Source: Nitrososphaerota archaeon
GTDB taxonomy: Archaea; Thermoproteota; Nitrososphaeria_A; Caldarchaeales; Calditenuaceae
DNA length: 64,000 nt
Reading direction: 5' to 3'
Assembly: GCA_033581555.1 (NCBI GenBank)
Contig: JAVQSZ010000001.1
Location: 1-64,000, forward strand
The translations under genes and the position numbers were made by a program. Of this stretch, positions 36,505 through 46,883 are shown in pieces (positions within the stretch are counted from its first letter, which is position 1; every line of letters starts with the position of its first letter). Under the pieces are notes generated by a model. It was not told the origin of the DNA and ran no database searches. It worked only from the letters and a program-made list of their open reading frames with translations.

Positions 36505-37074
36505 ATGAAAGTAGGGGTCCTGGCCTCCGCCCTAATCGTCGTTGGACTACTAGTCGGACTCGCAGCGGGGCTTGTGGCGAGGCCCGCTCTGATGCCAGTA
36601 GAGCCGGTCACTAAGACGGTCGTGCAGGAGAGGCCGGTCACCGAGTTCAGGACCTTCACCGTTGAACGGGTTGTGACGGTCACCGTCGAGCAGAAGGTCG
36701 ACACGTTCAAGATACTCCATCAGGCCGTCGACAAAGTCGCTACCCAGATACCTGTCGGACGCTGGTGGTTCATTGACGCGAAGGACCTGAAGGAGAAGCT
36801 CGACGCTGGAGAGAGGATCGTCGTGGTCGACGTACGTGAGAGGGCCGAGTGGGACGCTGGCCGAATACCCGGCGCGATCCACATAAGGCTCAGCGAGGTG
36901 CCTAAGCACATCGACAAGATACCCAAGGAGACCACGGTGGTCGTGTACTGCAAGGTCGGGATACGCTCGGCCATGGCCATGATAATGCTGAGGGTCTTAG
37001 GTTATGAGAACGTCCTGAACCTCAGGGGCGGGTTCGACGACTGGGCAGCGAGAGGATACCCGGTGGAGAAGTAG
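36505..37074 (+). CDS. Membrane-anchored rhodanese (sulfurtransferase)
   Basis: N-terminal TM, DVRE..EW..G.IPGA, YCKVGIRS active loop, GGFDDW. Confidence 0.9.
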   Translation: MKVGVLASALIVVGLLVGLAAGLVARPALMPVEPVTKTVVQERPVTEFRTFTVERVVTVTVEQKVDTFKILHQAVDKVATQIPVGRWWFIDAKDLKEKLDAGERIVVVDVRERAEWDAGRIPGAIHIRLSEVPKHIDKIPKETTVVVYCKVGIRSAMAMIMLRVLGYENVLNLRGGFDDWAARGYPVEK

Positions 37075-37090
37075 AGTACGGGTGTAGTCG

Positions 37091-39596
37091 ATGAAGGCGA
37101 CGATCAGTCGGCGTGCGCTACTCGCTGGTGTCGCGGCCGCCTCGTCCTCCGTTCCAGTCTTCTTTTTGTTGCGTTCACTCCCCTCACGAACCAGCGACGT
37201 CTCCGGCGACGAGGGCCTCAAGGGCGAGGCCAAGTGGGTCCCTGGAGCCTGCGCTGTCTGCGGTCAGGGCTGTCCCGTCAGGCTGAAGGTCCTTAATGGC
37301 GACACGATAGTCGGAGTCTCCTTCAACGCCGAGCCCGGGAGGTCACAGTACTACGCCGTCTGCGGGAAGGTCTACGCGATCCCCTACGCTCACCGCCACC
37401 CCAACAGGATCAAGAGACCGATGATACGGGACGGGCCGCGCGGCAGCGGATCGTTCAGGCCAGTCAGCTGGGACGAGGCCCTCGACTATGTCGCCGAGAA
37501 CCTCAGGAAGTACGCGTCGGCGCCGCACCAGGTGCTGGTCTTCTCTCACCAGGGCTGGGAAGCTCCCCTGATGGACGAGTTCATGAGGCTCTTCGGGACG
37601 CCGAACGTCACGGACCACGCTGACACCTGCTTCCACAGTTCTGCAGCGGGGCGCTGGTTTCTCTTCGGGAGGACTGTCGGGCCGGGGGCCACCTACCCCG
37701 ACTACGAACACGCCCAGTTCGTGGTCCTCATGGGAAGGAATCCCTACGGGGGCACCGTTGCCGCGCCCTGGACCAAGACCCTCTCCGAGGCCGTCTCGAG
37801 GGGGCTGAGGCTGGTCGTCTTCGACGTCAGGTACAGCGAGGTATGCGAGGTCGCGGAGAGGTACTACCTAGTCAGGCCTGGCACGGACCTGGCGGTATCG
37901 CTGGCGATAGCCAGGGAGATAATCGTCAACAAATGGTACAACTCGGACTACCTCAACAGGTACACGACCGCCGGCATGCTCTTCTACGCCGACTCGATGA
38001 AGCCCGTCAAGCTAAGGAGGATAGAGAGCGGCGAGAGGGCGGGCAAGCTGGACTACCTGGTCTACTGCGACGTCGACAAGATGTATCGGTTCAGGAGCGA
38101 GGCGAAGAGGGCGAAGCTGGACTTCTCCGGGATATTCGAAGGCAAGCGGGTGGTCACCGCTCTCCGGACACTCGGCACCGCGCTAGAGAGGTACACTCCC
38201 GAGTGGGCCGAGTCGGTCAGCGGCGTTCCCGCCGGCGAGATAAGGTGGGTTGCGAGGACGCTCGCCGGTTACGGTTCAAGGGGCTTCGTCGATCCCGGCT
38301 ACAAATCGGTCAGGTACCGCAACGAGCCGATGCTCCACCGCGTCAACGCGCTCGTCAACGTCCTGATCGGCTCCTGGGGGAGCAAGGGCGGTGTGGCGTG
38401 GTCGAGGAAGCTCCCCGTTCCAACCCCTCTCCCAGAGGGTGGGTTCAAGGTTGTCGCGGGGAAGTGTTGAGAGCGTCCCGTCCTACTGGAGGAGGCACGG
38501 CTACCCGCTGGCCTCCGAGTCGTCGTTCTCGATGCTCGCCATCAGGAGCATCCTCGAGGAGCGGCCCTACCCGATAAGGGCCGCGGTGATACTCTGGCAG
38601 AATCTCGTCGCGCACGTGCCCTCCGACAGCACCGTCGTAGAGGCCCTGAAGAAGCTCGACTTCGTCCTGGTGATGGACACCACGTGGAACGAGACCGCGA
38701 AGTACGCAGACGTCGTGCTGCCGACGAAGTTCTTCTTCGAGACGGACAACGCGACCGTCTGTCAGGTCTCCAAGACCCACATCGGACAGCTGGCCCTGTC
38801 GAGGAAGGCCGTCGATCCCCCTGAGGACGTGGACGCGAAGAGCGTCGCCGAGATCGTCTACGAGCTGGTCAAGCGCCTCTTCCCCGAGAAGGCCGCGAGG
38901 GCTGAGATGCTCCTCAACCCTGAGGAGGTCTGGAGGGAGCAGTGCAAGCTCCTCGAGGTCGATTACAGGAGGCTCTCCGAACAGGGGGTGATCTCCGCGT
39001 TCAACGAGGCCGTATACGAGCCGCTAGGGGAGGCCGGGGTCCTGCCCACCGAGACCGGGGAGATAGAGCTGATCAACCTCAAGGCCCTCGAGAAGTTCGG
39101 CGAGTACCTCGGCAAGCCCCACAACCTGAACCCGCTGCCCAGCTGGATTCCGCCGCGTTGGCTCGAGGGCGGCGAGCTCGGAGAGGATGAGTTCGTACCG
39201 GTCGATTACCAGCACCCACTGATCGCGATTAACACGTGGACCCGCGACACGCCCGAGGTCGTGGAACTCCTCAGGCTCGGAGGTGAGGACGGCGTCTTCA
39301 TCAGTCGCAAGAGGGCGAGCAGGCTGGGACTTAAGGACGGAGACCTGGCCGTGTTGGTCGCGAACGGCAAGGAGCTGACCGTGAGGGTGAGGGTCTCGGA
39401 CTTGGTCGGTGACGACGTCGTCTGCGGAGTCCACGGCCTGAACCCGGGGGCCCACGAGGGAGGCGCGGTGAAGTTCGACGGCATGCCGAAGTCCGGCCTG
39501 AACACCAACTTCCTCTCGGACTTCCAGATCGTCGACGGCTACGGGAGCGCGGCGCTATACGACTTCCGGGTCAAGCTGAGGAGGTGGAGGGCATGA
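37091..39596 (+). pseudogene. Molybdopterin oxidoreductase catalytic subunit, PhsA/PsrA-like, Tat signal; +1 frameshift near 38458-38461
   Basis: SRRALL Tat motif, CAVCGQGC..C [4Fe-4S], HADTC Mo-Cys ligand; second half (PYPIRA...ETAKYADVVLP) is in the next frame. Confidence 0.85.
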
Positions 39597-40402
39597 AGCC
39601 CGCGATGGTCATCGACCTGAACAGGTGCATAGGGTGCAGGGCCTGTGTCGCCGCCTGCCTCCTTGAGAACGCCACGACGTTGAACGGAGGGCCGGTGCTA
39701 GACCTGAACGCGGCCAAGTACTCGAGGACCGTGCCGGTGATGGTCGGGACCCAAGACTTCCTCAGGAGGGTCTTCAGGCAGTGCGTCCAATGCGACTCGC
39801 CGCCCTGCGCCGCCGTCTGCCCGACCGGCGCGACGTTCAGGACCGAGGAGGGAGTGGTGCTGGTGAACAGGGAGCTCTGCATCGGGTGTGGCCTCTGCGG
39901 GGACGCCTGCCCGTACGGAGTGATCAACTTCCCGGTGGCTGGGGCCCGAAAGCCTAGCCACCGGTACGCCGTGAGGCGCGGAGTGCCGGACAGGTGCACG
40001 TTCTGCTACCACAGGAGGACTGAGGATGGTAAGCTCTGGACTCCGGCCTGCATCGAGGCCTGCGCTTTCGGCGCGAGGGTCTTCGGCGACCTCGACGACC
40101 CCAAAAACGAGGTCTCGAGGCTCGTGAGGGCCGGGGTGGCCATAGGCCCGAGACCGGACTTCCAGACCAGTCCGAAGCTCTTCTTCGTCCCGCGAAAGGG
40201 AGGCTACGAGCTCGTCAACTACCCGACGAGGGGCGAATACTCGTTCGGGTTGGCCGGCAGGGACTGGAGCCTCCTAAAGGAAAGCCTCGTCAGGCCGCTG
40301 GCGGAGCTGGCTATGGCGGCCGCGGTCGTCCTCGGGCTCGTCCACATCATCAGGGAGGCGAGGAAGTCCAGAAGGAAGGAGGTGAAGGAGGGTGAGAGGT
40401 GA
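39593..40402 (+). CDS. 4Fe-4S electron-transfer subunit (PhsB/PsrB/NrfC-like)
   Basis: CIGCRAC, CVQCDSPPC..VCP, CIGCGLC..ACP, CTFC...PAC..AC; C-terminal TM. Confidence 0.92.
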   Translation: MKPAMVIDLNRCIGCRACVAACLLENATTLNGGPVLDLNAAKYSRTVPVMVGTQDFLRRVFRQCVQCDSPPCAAVCPTGATFRTEEGVVLVNRELCIGCGLCGDACPYGVINFPVAGARKPSHRYAVRRGVPDRCTFCYHRRTEDGKLWTPACIEACAFGARVFGDLDDPKNEVSRLVRAGVAIGPRPDFQTSPKLFFVPRKGGYELVNYPTRGEYSFGLAGRDWSLLKESLVRPLAELAMAAAVVLGLVHIIREARKSRRKEVKEGER

Positions 40403-41090
40403 GCGAGTCCTCAGGTGGAACAGGACCGCCAGGATCGCCCACTGGCTCATGGTGATTGGCGTGACCGCCGGCTTCGTGTCGGGCCTCCCGGTGCTGGACG
40501 GAAGGCTGTTCAAGCCCATCGACGACCTACTCGGGGGCGAGGCGGTGAGGGAGTTCCTCCACTACTACGTGACGACGGTCTTCTTAGGGGCCGCTATACC
40601 GCTCGTCTTCGTGAGGGGCATCGCTGCCCGGGGAGATGAGTGGTGGTGGCCTTCATGGGACGAGGTGAAGCAAGCCGTCCGGGTGGCGCTCCACTGGTTC
40701 GGGCTCAGCCGCGAGTACCCGGTCATAGGGTTCCACCACCCAATGGAGAAGCTGTTCCTCATGTCGGTGCACTTCGGCCTCGTCCTGCTCGGCCTCTCGG
40801 GCGTACTGATGGTCTTCGCGGACCTGGGGCCGACGTACAAGTTCGTGCTGTTGATGCTCCACGACATCGGATTCCTGATGGTCAGCGTCCCGCTCGCTGG
40901 CCACTTCCTCCTCGCGGTCAACCCGGTCAACTGGCAGGCCCTCAGGGCCATCTTCACGGACGGGAAGGTAGACCTCTCGTGGGCGCGTCACCACCACCCG
41001 GGGTGGAAGGCGGCGAACGCTTCGGCAGACCCGAGGGTCGGGGGGAGCGAACGGGGACGCGAGAGGGGTCCCGCGCGACGGGACGCTTAA
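40392..41090 (+). CDS. Di-heme cytochrome b membrane anchor (FdnI/PhsC-like)
   Basis: RIAHW, LHY, LHD, GH His ligands in 4 TMs; W..HHHP.W tail. Confidence 0.88.
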   Translation: MRGERVLRWNRTARIAHWLMVIGVTAGFVSGLPVLDGRLFKPIDDLLGGEAVREFLHYYVTTVFLGAAIPLVFVRGIAARGDEWWWPSWDEVKQAVRVALHWFGLSREYPVIGFHHPMEKLFLMSVHFGLVLLGLSGVLMVFADLGPTYKFVLLMLHDIGFLMVSVPLAGHFLLAVNPVNWQALRAIFTDGKVDLSWARHHHPGWKAANASADPRVGGSERGRERGPARRDA

Positions 41091-41102
41091 TCCCCTGAAA
41101 CC

Positions 41103-41435
41103 TCACTTCTCTATCTTCTCCCTCAGGAACTCCGGGAGGACGCCCTTCTTGGCCAGCTCGAGCGCCTGATTCTTCGTGAACCTCCACCAGATGTCCCCCC
41201 TCCGGTCGCTCTGGAAGTCCCACGGGCTGACCGCGACTAGGTCGCCCTCCTTTATCCAGATCCTCCTCTTCAGCTGGCCCCTGATCCTGCAGAGCCTCTG
41301 CTTCCCGTCCGAGCACTCGACGAGGACGTTGTCGTAACCCATCAGCTTCACGACGACGCCGTAGAGGTCTCCCGCTCCCAGCTCCGGCATCTCCTCGAGC
41401 TCCTTCGGCTCCGAGATGATCTTCCTCTTCCCCAT
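41103..41435 (-). CDS. eif1a: Translation initiation factor aIF-1A
   Basis: C.DGK.RLCRIRG.LKRRIWIKEGD.V.V.PWDFQ. Confidence 0.96.
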   Translation of the reverse strand: MGKRKIISEPKELEEMPELGAGDLYGVVVKLMGYDNVLVECSDGKQRLCRIRGQLKRRIWIKEGDLVAVSPWDFQSDRRGDIWWRFTKNQALELAKKGVLPEFLREKIEK

Positions 41436-41656
41436 TCCCCGCGATCAGGTCCTGTCGGCCTCATTTAGGTGTAGCTATCCGCGATGCGGCCTTCAACAGA
41501 GGGGTCCGAGAGTCGCCGGGCGCATGAGGGCGTTCGCTGGAGGCCTCCCGGGGTCGAGGATCGACGGTCGTCGCGCTCGTCACATGGGCTGTCGGAGGTC
41601 TACGTGGGACTTCGTCGCTCCCCCTTCCGTTCGGGCCCCGAGGTCAGCAGGACGCG

Positions 41657-41728
41657 TGGGGCCGGCCGGACTCGAACCGGCGACCTCCGCCGTGTGAGGG
41701 CGGCGTCATACCACTAGACCACGGCCCC
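41657..41728 (-). tRNA. tRNA-Val(CAC)
   Basis: GGGGCCG...CCGCC-CT-CAC-AC-GGCGG...GGTTCGAGTCC...CGGCCCCA. Confidence 0.95.
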
Positions 41729-42305
41729 GCCCGTCCCCATCCCACGCTTCGCTCTTAAGGTTACCTCCCCTCAGCCTCAACACCCGCTTTCCCCTGGGAT
41801 CAGGGATGACCTTCAGCATCGCACCCTCGAACTCGACCTTGAAGACGCGGCCCTCGAGGAGCCTGTCGAGGAAGACGGCGAGCGCGGCGACCTCGCTGTG
41901 GGGCTGGTTCCCGATCGCGACGTTGTAGTCTGCCAGCTCGTAGACGACCCTCGGGACCTTGCTGGCCCCCACCACGACGACCATGTCCCTCTGATCGAGC
42001 TGGTTCCGGAGCTCCCCGAGGACGTCGAGGAGGCTCACGCCGTACATCGTCAGGTGGACCAGGACGTCGCCCGCGGCCTTCCGATCCCTGATGTATCCCT
42101 CCCAGTCCTCGACGAAGTCGACCTCGAAGGGCCCTCCCCACTGCTCGGTCACCCTCCTGATCGAACCGATTAGCCCGTCGTCTCTGTCGCCAGAGATCAT
42201 GACCCCGGAAGCGCCGAAGGCCCTCGCGGTGAGCGCAACGTGGACGGTGACCCTGTCGTCCCTACCGACCCTGTGGAAGAGCCTCAGGACCGTTATCCTT
42301 CTCAT
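41706..42305 (-). CDS. tRNA (cytidine(56)-2'-O)-methyltransferase aTrm56
   Basis: HR..RD.RVT.HVALTARAFGA, VHLTMYG, GNQPHSEVAALAVFLDRL; stop codon falls inside tRNA-Val. Confidence 0.93.
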   Translation of the reverse strand: MRRITVLRLFHRVGRDDRVTVHVALTARAFGASGVMISGDRDDGLIGSIRRVTEQWGGPFEVDFVEDWEGYIRDRKAAGDVLVHLTMYGVSLLDVLGELRNQLDQRDMVVVVGASKVPRVVYELADYNVAIGNQPHSEVAALAVFLDRLLEGRVFKVEFEGAMLKVIPDPRGKRVLRLRGGNLKSEAWDGDGRGRGLVV

Positions 42306-42808
42306 CTCAGGAGCCTGCTCAGCTCCGCTATCTTCTCGTCGATTGCCTTCAGCATCTCGGAGGGGTCGTAGGGCTGGAGCTGGTTCCCGCAGTACGGGCA
42401 CTTGAAGAAGTGGTCGACGGCGATCGAGAAGTCCAGCTTCCTGCAGCTCGCGTTCCCGCACCAGTAGACGACGTTAGTGGAGTAGAACTCCCTCAGCATC
42501 TTCAACCTCTCGATGATCCTGATCGCCTGGCCGCGGACCGTGCTGACCACCTGCTCGAGCTGGAGCCGCCATCTGAAGGTCCTCTTGCCGTTCTCCTTCT
42601 CGAAGCTGACCGTATAGGTCACCAGAGAGAGCTCCAGTAGCCTGTGGAGCGTCTTCCTGACCTGCTTGACGTCGACCCCCAGCCTCTCCGCCAACTCCTC
42701 GTCGGAGAGTCCGGGCTCCTCCAGGAGCAGCTTGACGACCTTAGTCGCCTCCTCTCCCCCGAAGACCTCGGTCAGCTTGACGACCTCGGAGGGCTCGATG
42801 TAGTACAA
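42302..42808 (-). CDS. tfe: Transcription factor E (TFIIE-alpha homologue)
   Basis: wHTH DEELAERLG...VRK.L..L, Zn ribbon C..C...FKCPYCG. Confidence 0.93.
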   Translation of the reverse strand: MYYIEPSEVVKLTEVFGGEEATKVVKLLLEEPGLSDEELAERLGVDVKQVRKTLHRLLELSLVTYTVSFEKENGKRTFRWRLQLEQVVSTVRGQAIRIIERLKMLREFYSTNVVYWCGNASCRKLDFSIAVDHFFKCPYCGNQLQPYDPSEMLKAIDEKIAELSRLLR

Positions 42809-42912
42809 ACTTCTCCGACCTACTCTAATCCCTCCCTCCCGCTAAATACCTTGCGGAGAACGGACCGGAGACGCGCCCGAGGTTCCGACTTCACCCGGGT
42901 AGTAGGGTATGA

Positions 42913-43932
<1,020 letters not shown>

Positions 43933-43990
43933 CGCGCACCCGGATAGGTCCCAAACTCTTATGGCGGCCTCTCGGTGACGAGGTGGGAGC

Positions 43991-45031
43991 ATGGCCGACG
44001 GAGCCGAGGCGGGCGTTCAGTTCGTGAAGTTGGACGAGGGGAGGCTCGAGAGGTACAGGAGGGCGGGTTACAGGGTCCTGGGAGAGCACAATCACAGCGC
44101 GGTCGAGGTCTGCAGGTGGACGAAGTCGAGGCTGAGGGGGGAGAGGAACTGCTACAAGTCGATCTACGGGATCGACTCCGGTAGGTGCATTCAGATGACC
44201 CCGACGCTCGACTTCTGCAACTTCGGGTGCCCCTGGTGCTGGAGGCCTTTCGGGCCATTCAGGCACAAGGCCCACGGCACCGATTGGGACGACCCCAAGA
44301 CCATCGTAGACGAGATGTTGAGGGCCCAGAGGGAGCTCCTCTCGGGGTTCGGAGGGAACCCGAGGACCGACAAGGCCTACTTCAGGCTCGCGATGAGGCC
44401 GGCCCACGTCGCGATCTCGCTGGACGGCGAGCCGACCCTATACCCTATGATCGCGGACCTGATCAAGGAGATCAACTCGAGGGGCATGACGACCTTCCTC
44501 GTCACCAACGGCACGATGCCCCACAGGTTGAGGGAGATGCTGGAGAAGGGCGCGATACCGACGAACCTCTTCGTCAGCGTCTACGCCACGAACCCGGAGG
44601 AGTACGTGAGGGTGACGAAGTCTGTGGTCCCCGACGCCTACGAGAGGGTGATGGAGAGCCTCTCCCTGCTCGGCGAGTTCGAGAGGAGGGGGAGCAGGAC
44701 GGTGATCAGGCTCACGCTCGTCAAGGGCCTCAACATGAAGGACCCCGAAGGCTACGCGGGGATCGTGAACAGGTTTAGGCCGAACTTCCTCGAGTTCAAG
44801 GGCTATGCGTGGCTCGGTCAGTCGAGGCAGAGGCTCGACCAGTCGGCCTCGCCGAGGTTCGAGGAGCTGAAGAAGTTCGCGGACGAGGTCCTGAGGCACA
44901 CGGCCTACAGGCCGGTGATGCTTGACAGCGTGAGCGTGATAATCGTCGCGGTCAGGGACGAGGAGAGCTGGAGGAGGAACGTGGAGACGGCTAAGGTGAT
45001 CTCGCGCTTACCTGGATGTCCTGTCAGGTAG
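43991..45031 (+). CDS. taw1: 4-demethylwyosine synthase Taw1/TYW1 (radical SAM)
   Basis: HSAV..C.WT, CYK..YGI.S..CIQMTP..C...C..CWR, AISLDGEPT. Confidence 0.93.
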   Translation: MADGAEAGVQFVKLDEGRLERYRRAGYRVLGEHNHSAVEVCRWTKSRLRGERNCYKSIYGIDSGRCIQMTPTLDFCNFGCPWCWRPFGPFRHKAHGTDWDDPKTIVDEMLRAQRELLSGFGGNPRTDKAYFRLAMRPAHVAISLDGEPTLYPMIADLIKEINSRGMTTFLVTNGTMPHRLREMLEKGAIPTNLFVSVYATNPEEYVRVTKSVVPDAYERVMESLSLLGEFERRGSRTVIRLTLVKGLNMKDPEGYAGIVNRFRPNFLEFKGYAWLGQSRQRLDQSASPRFEELKKFADEVLRHTAYRPVMLDSVSVIIVAVRDEESWRRNVETAKVISRLPGCPVR

Positions 45032-45111
45032 AACTCGGCCCTTCGCGCCGAGCAGCCCACTGCAAATCTTAATACCGTAAGCCCCGGGTCCCGGGTGGAA
45101 GGGGGAGGGCC

Positions 45112-45393
45112 GTGGAGTCGGGAGGGTGGTCGTGGGAGGAGAAGAGGAAGAGGATAGCCCAGATACTCGAGACGATCGCGAACGACAACACCGCCCCCCG
45201 GAACCTCAGGAAGGCCGTGAAGGGCGCGATGGACGAGCTTTTCAACGAGAAATACTCGCCCTCTGTCAGGGCCGCGAACGCGATCGAGATGATCGAGGAG
45301 GTCCTCTCGGACGGGAACATCCCCTCTTATACCAGGACGCAGCTCTGGCTGGCCATCTCCCTGCTCGAGACAGTCAAGGCCGGACAGTACTGA
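45112..45393 (+). CDS. UPF0147 family protein
   Basis: I..D.T.PRN.R, VRAANAI, D.N.P.YTRT.LW..IS.LE. Confidence 0.9.
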   Translation: MESGGWSWEEKRKRIAQILETIANDNTAPRNLRKAVKGAMDELFNEKYSPSVRAANAIEMIEEVLSDGNIPSYTRTQLWLAISLLETVKAGQY

Positions 45394-45423
45394 CCGAGTT
45401 CCTGTTTTGGCGGAAGCGGGTCT

Positions 45424-45591
45424 TCAGTTGGAGAGCGCCGAGCCCAGGAGGGGGACCACGCTGACGAAGGCCAGGACTAGGCCCCAGCTCATCATCGCCG
45501 CGTTGCTGGTGAGGTAGCCTCCGACGATCAGACCGGTCCCGAGGCCGGCGATCGCGAAGAAGAGGATCAGCCCGACCTTCAGCAGCCCCAT
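45424..45591 (-). CDS. Small two-TM membrane protein
   Basis: 55 aa, two hydrophobic helices, host-like codon usage. Confidence 0.6.
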   Translation of the reverse strand: MGLLKVGLILFFAIAGLGTGLIVGGYLTSNAAMMSWGLVLAFVSVVPLLGSALSN

Positions 45592-45908
45592 CGGGATCCG
45601 GCCGTGACAGCCCACTCAAAAACCTCTTCGTCCCCTGTTCCCCCCGCGACGTCCGGACATCGTGACCTCTGCTCCGCCGGATCGCCCGACGCCCTCTGGC
45701 CCCTCACGAGGTTCGGTTTCCACGAGGCTGGGGCCAATCAGCGGGGCCCTCCGCGGTTCAGCAGGCCTTGACGAGAGCACAGCGTCCCGCTCCGGACTGA
45801 TCATCCCGACCGAGCCGCGTCGGACCCGAACGATACGGACGCCCTCTACTCCCGTCGAGTGCGGTCAACGCTTTTTACGAGGCTCCTCAATACGCGAGGC
45901 GGGTTCTC

Positions 45909-46883
45909 GTGTCCGGCGAACGTGGGGCCGGAGCTCTCCCGAGGGGCGAGCTCAGGGGAAGGGACGTCGTCAGCGCGAAGGACCTGACCAGGGAGGATGC
46001 GGAGCTGATCTTCGAGGTCGCGAGGGAGGTGGAGGCGGACCCCGGCCGGTTCTCGGGCGTCCTGAGAGGGAAGAGGGTCGCGCTGCTCTTCGTGGAGCCC
46101 TCGACTAGGACCTTCTCGAGCTTCTACATCGCCGCGAGGAGGCTGGGAGGTGACGTGCTGCCGCTGAACGAGCCCGAGATGACCTCGCTCAGCAAGGGCG
46201 AGACCCTCTACGACACCCTCAAGATGCTTGAGGGCTACGGGGTCGACTGCGTCGTGATGCGCCACCCGGCGAGGGGAGCTGCGAGGTTCGCGGCCGACGT
46301 GATCTCCGCTCCGGTGATCAACGCGGGGTCCGGGAGCCAGGAGCACCCGACCCAGGCGCTCCTCGACGTCTACACGATCCTGAAGAAGAGGGGCAAGGTC
46401 GACGGGACGTCGCTCGGAATGCTCGGGGACCTGAAGTTCTCGAGGACCGTACCTTCGCTGGCCTACCTGATCTCGAACTTCGACGGAGTCGAGCTGACCT
46501 TCATCGCCCCGCCCGCGCTGCAGGTGAGGCAGGAGGTCGAGCTCTTCCTTAGGGAGAGGGCCGTGAGCTACACGAAGGTCACGAGGCAGCAGGAGATCCC
46601 GGACGCGGTCTCGAGGCTCGACGTCCTCTATGTGACCAGGCTCCAGAAGGAGAGGTTCCCGGACCCGTCAGAGTACGAGAGGCTGAAGGGGAGCTACAGG
46701 GTCGACATGGGGATGCTGAGGCACGCGAGGCCGACGCTGGGTGTGATGCACCCGCTCCCGAGGGTCGATGAGCTCGACGCCGAGATCGACAGGACGCCGC
46801 ACGCCTGGTACTTCGACCAGGCCAGCTACGGGCTCCCCGTCAGGATGGCGCTCTACGCGCTGGTCTTGGGTGATGCCGGATGA
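45909..46883 (+). CDS. pyrB: Aspartate carbamoyltransferase catalytic subunit
   Basis: EPSTRT, KGETL.DT, HPTQALLD, RLQKER, MHPLPR. Confidence 0.97.
   Translation: MSGERGAGALPRGELRGRDVVSAKDLTREDAELIFEVAREVEADPGRFSGVLRGKRVALLFVEPSTRTFSSFYIAARRLGGDVLPLNEPEMTSLSKGETLYDTLKMLEGYGVDCVVMRHPARGAARFAADVISAPVINAGSGSQEHPTQALLDVYTILKKRGKVDGTSLGMLGDLKFSRTVPSLAYLISNFDGVELTFIAPPALQVRQEVELFLRERAVSYTKVTRQQEIPDAVSRLDVLYVTRLQKERFPDPSEYERLKGSYRVDMGMLRHARPTLGVMHPLPRVDELDAEIDRTPHAWYFDQASYGLPVRMALYALVLGDAG

Noticed and set aside
38465-38470. Selenocysteine read-through of TGA in the Mo enzyme
   Set aside because: The downstream half is in a different frame, and the Mo ligand is already Cys (HADTC)
18530-41728. tRNA-anchored integrated element
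   Set aside because: No duplicated tRNA 3' end or integrase was seen, and the flanks are housekeeping genes
45616-45870. SRP RNA or RNase P RNA
   Set aside because: Lacks the SRP helix-8 motif and the RNase P P4 consensus sequences
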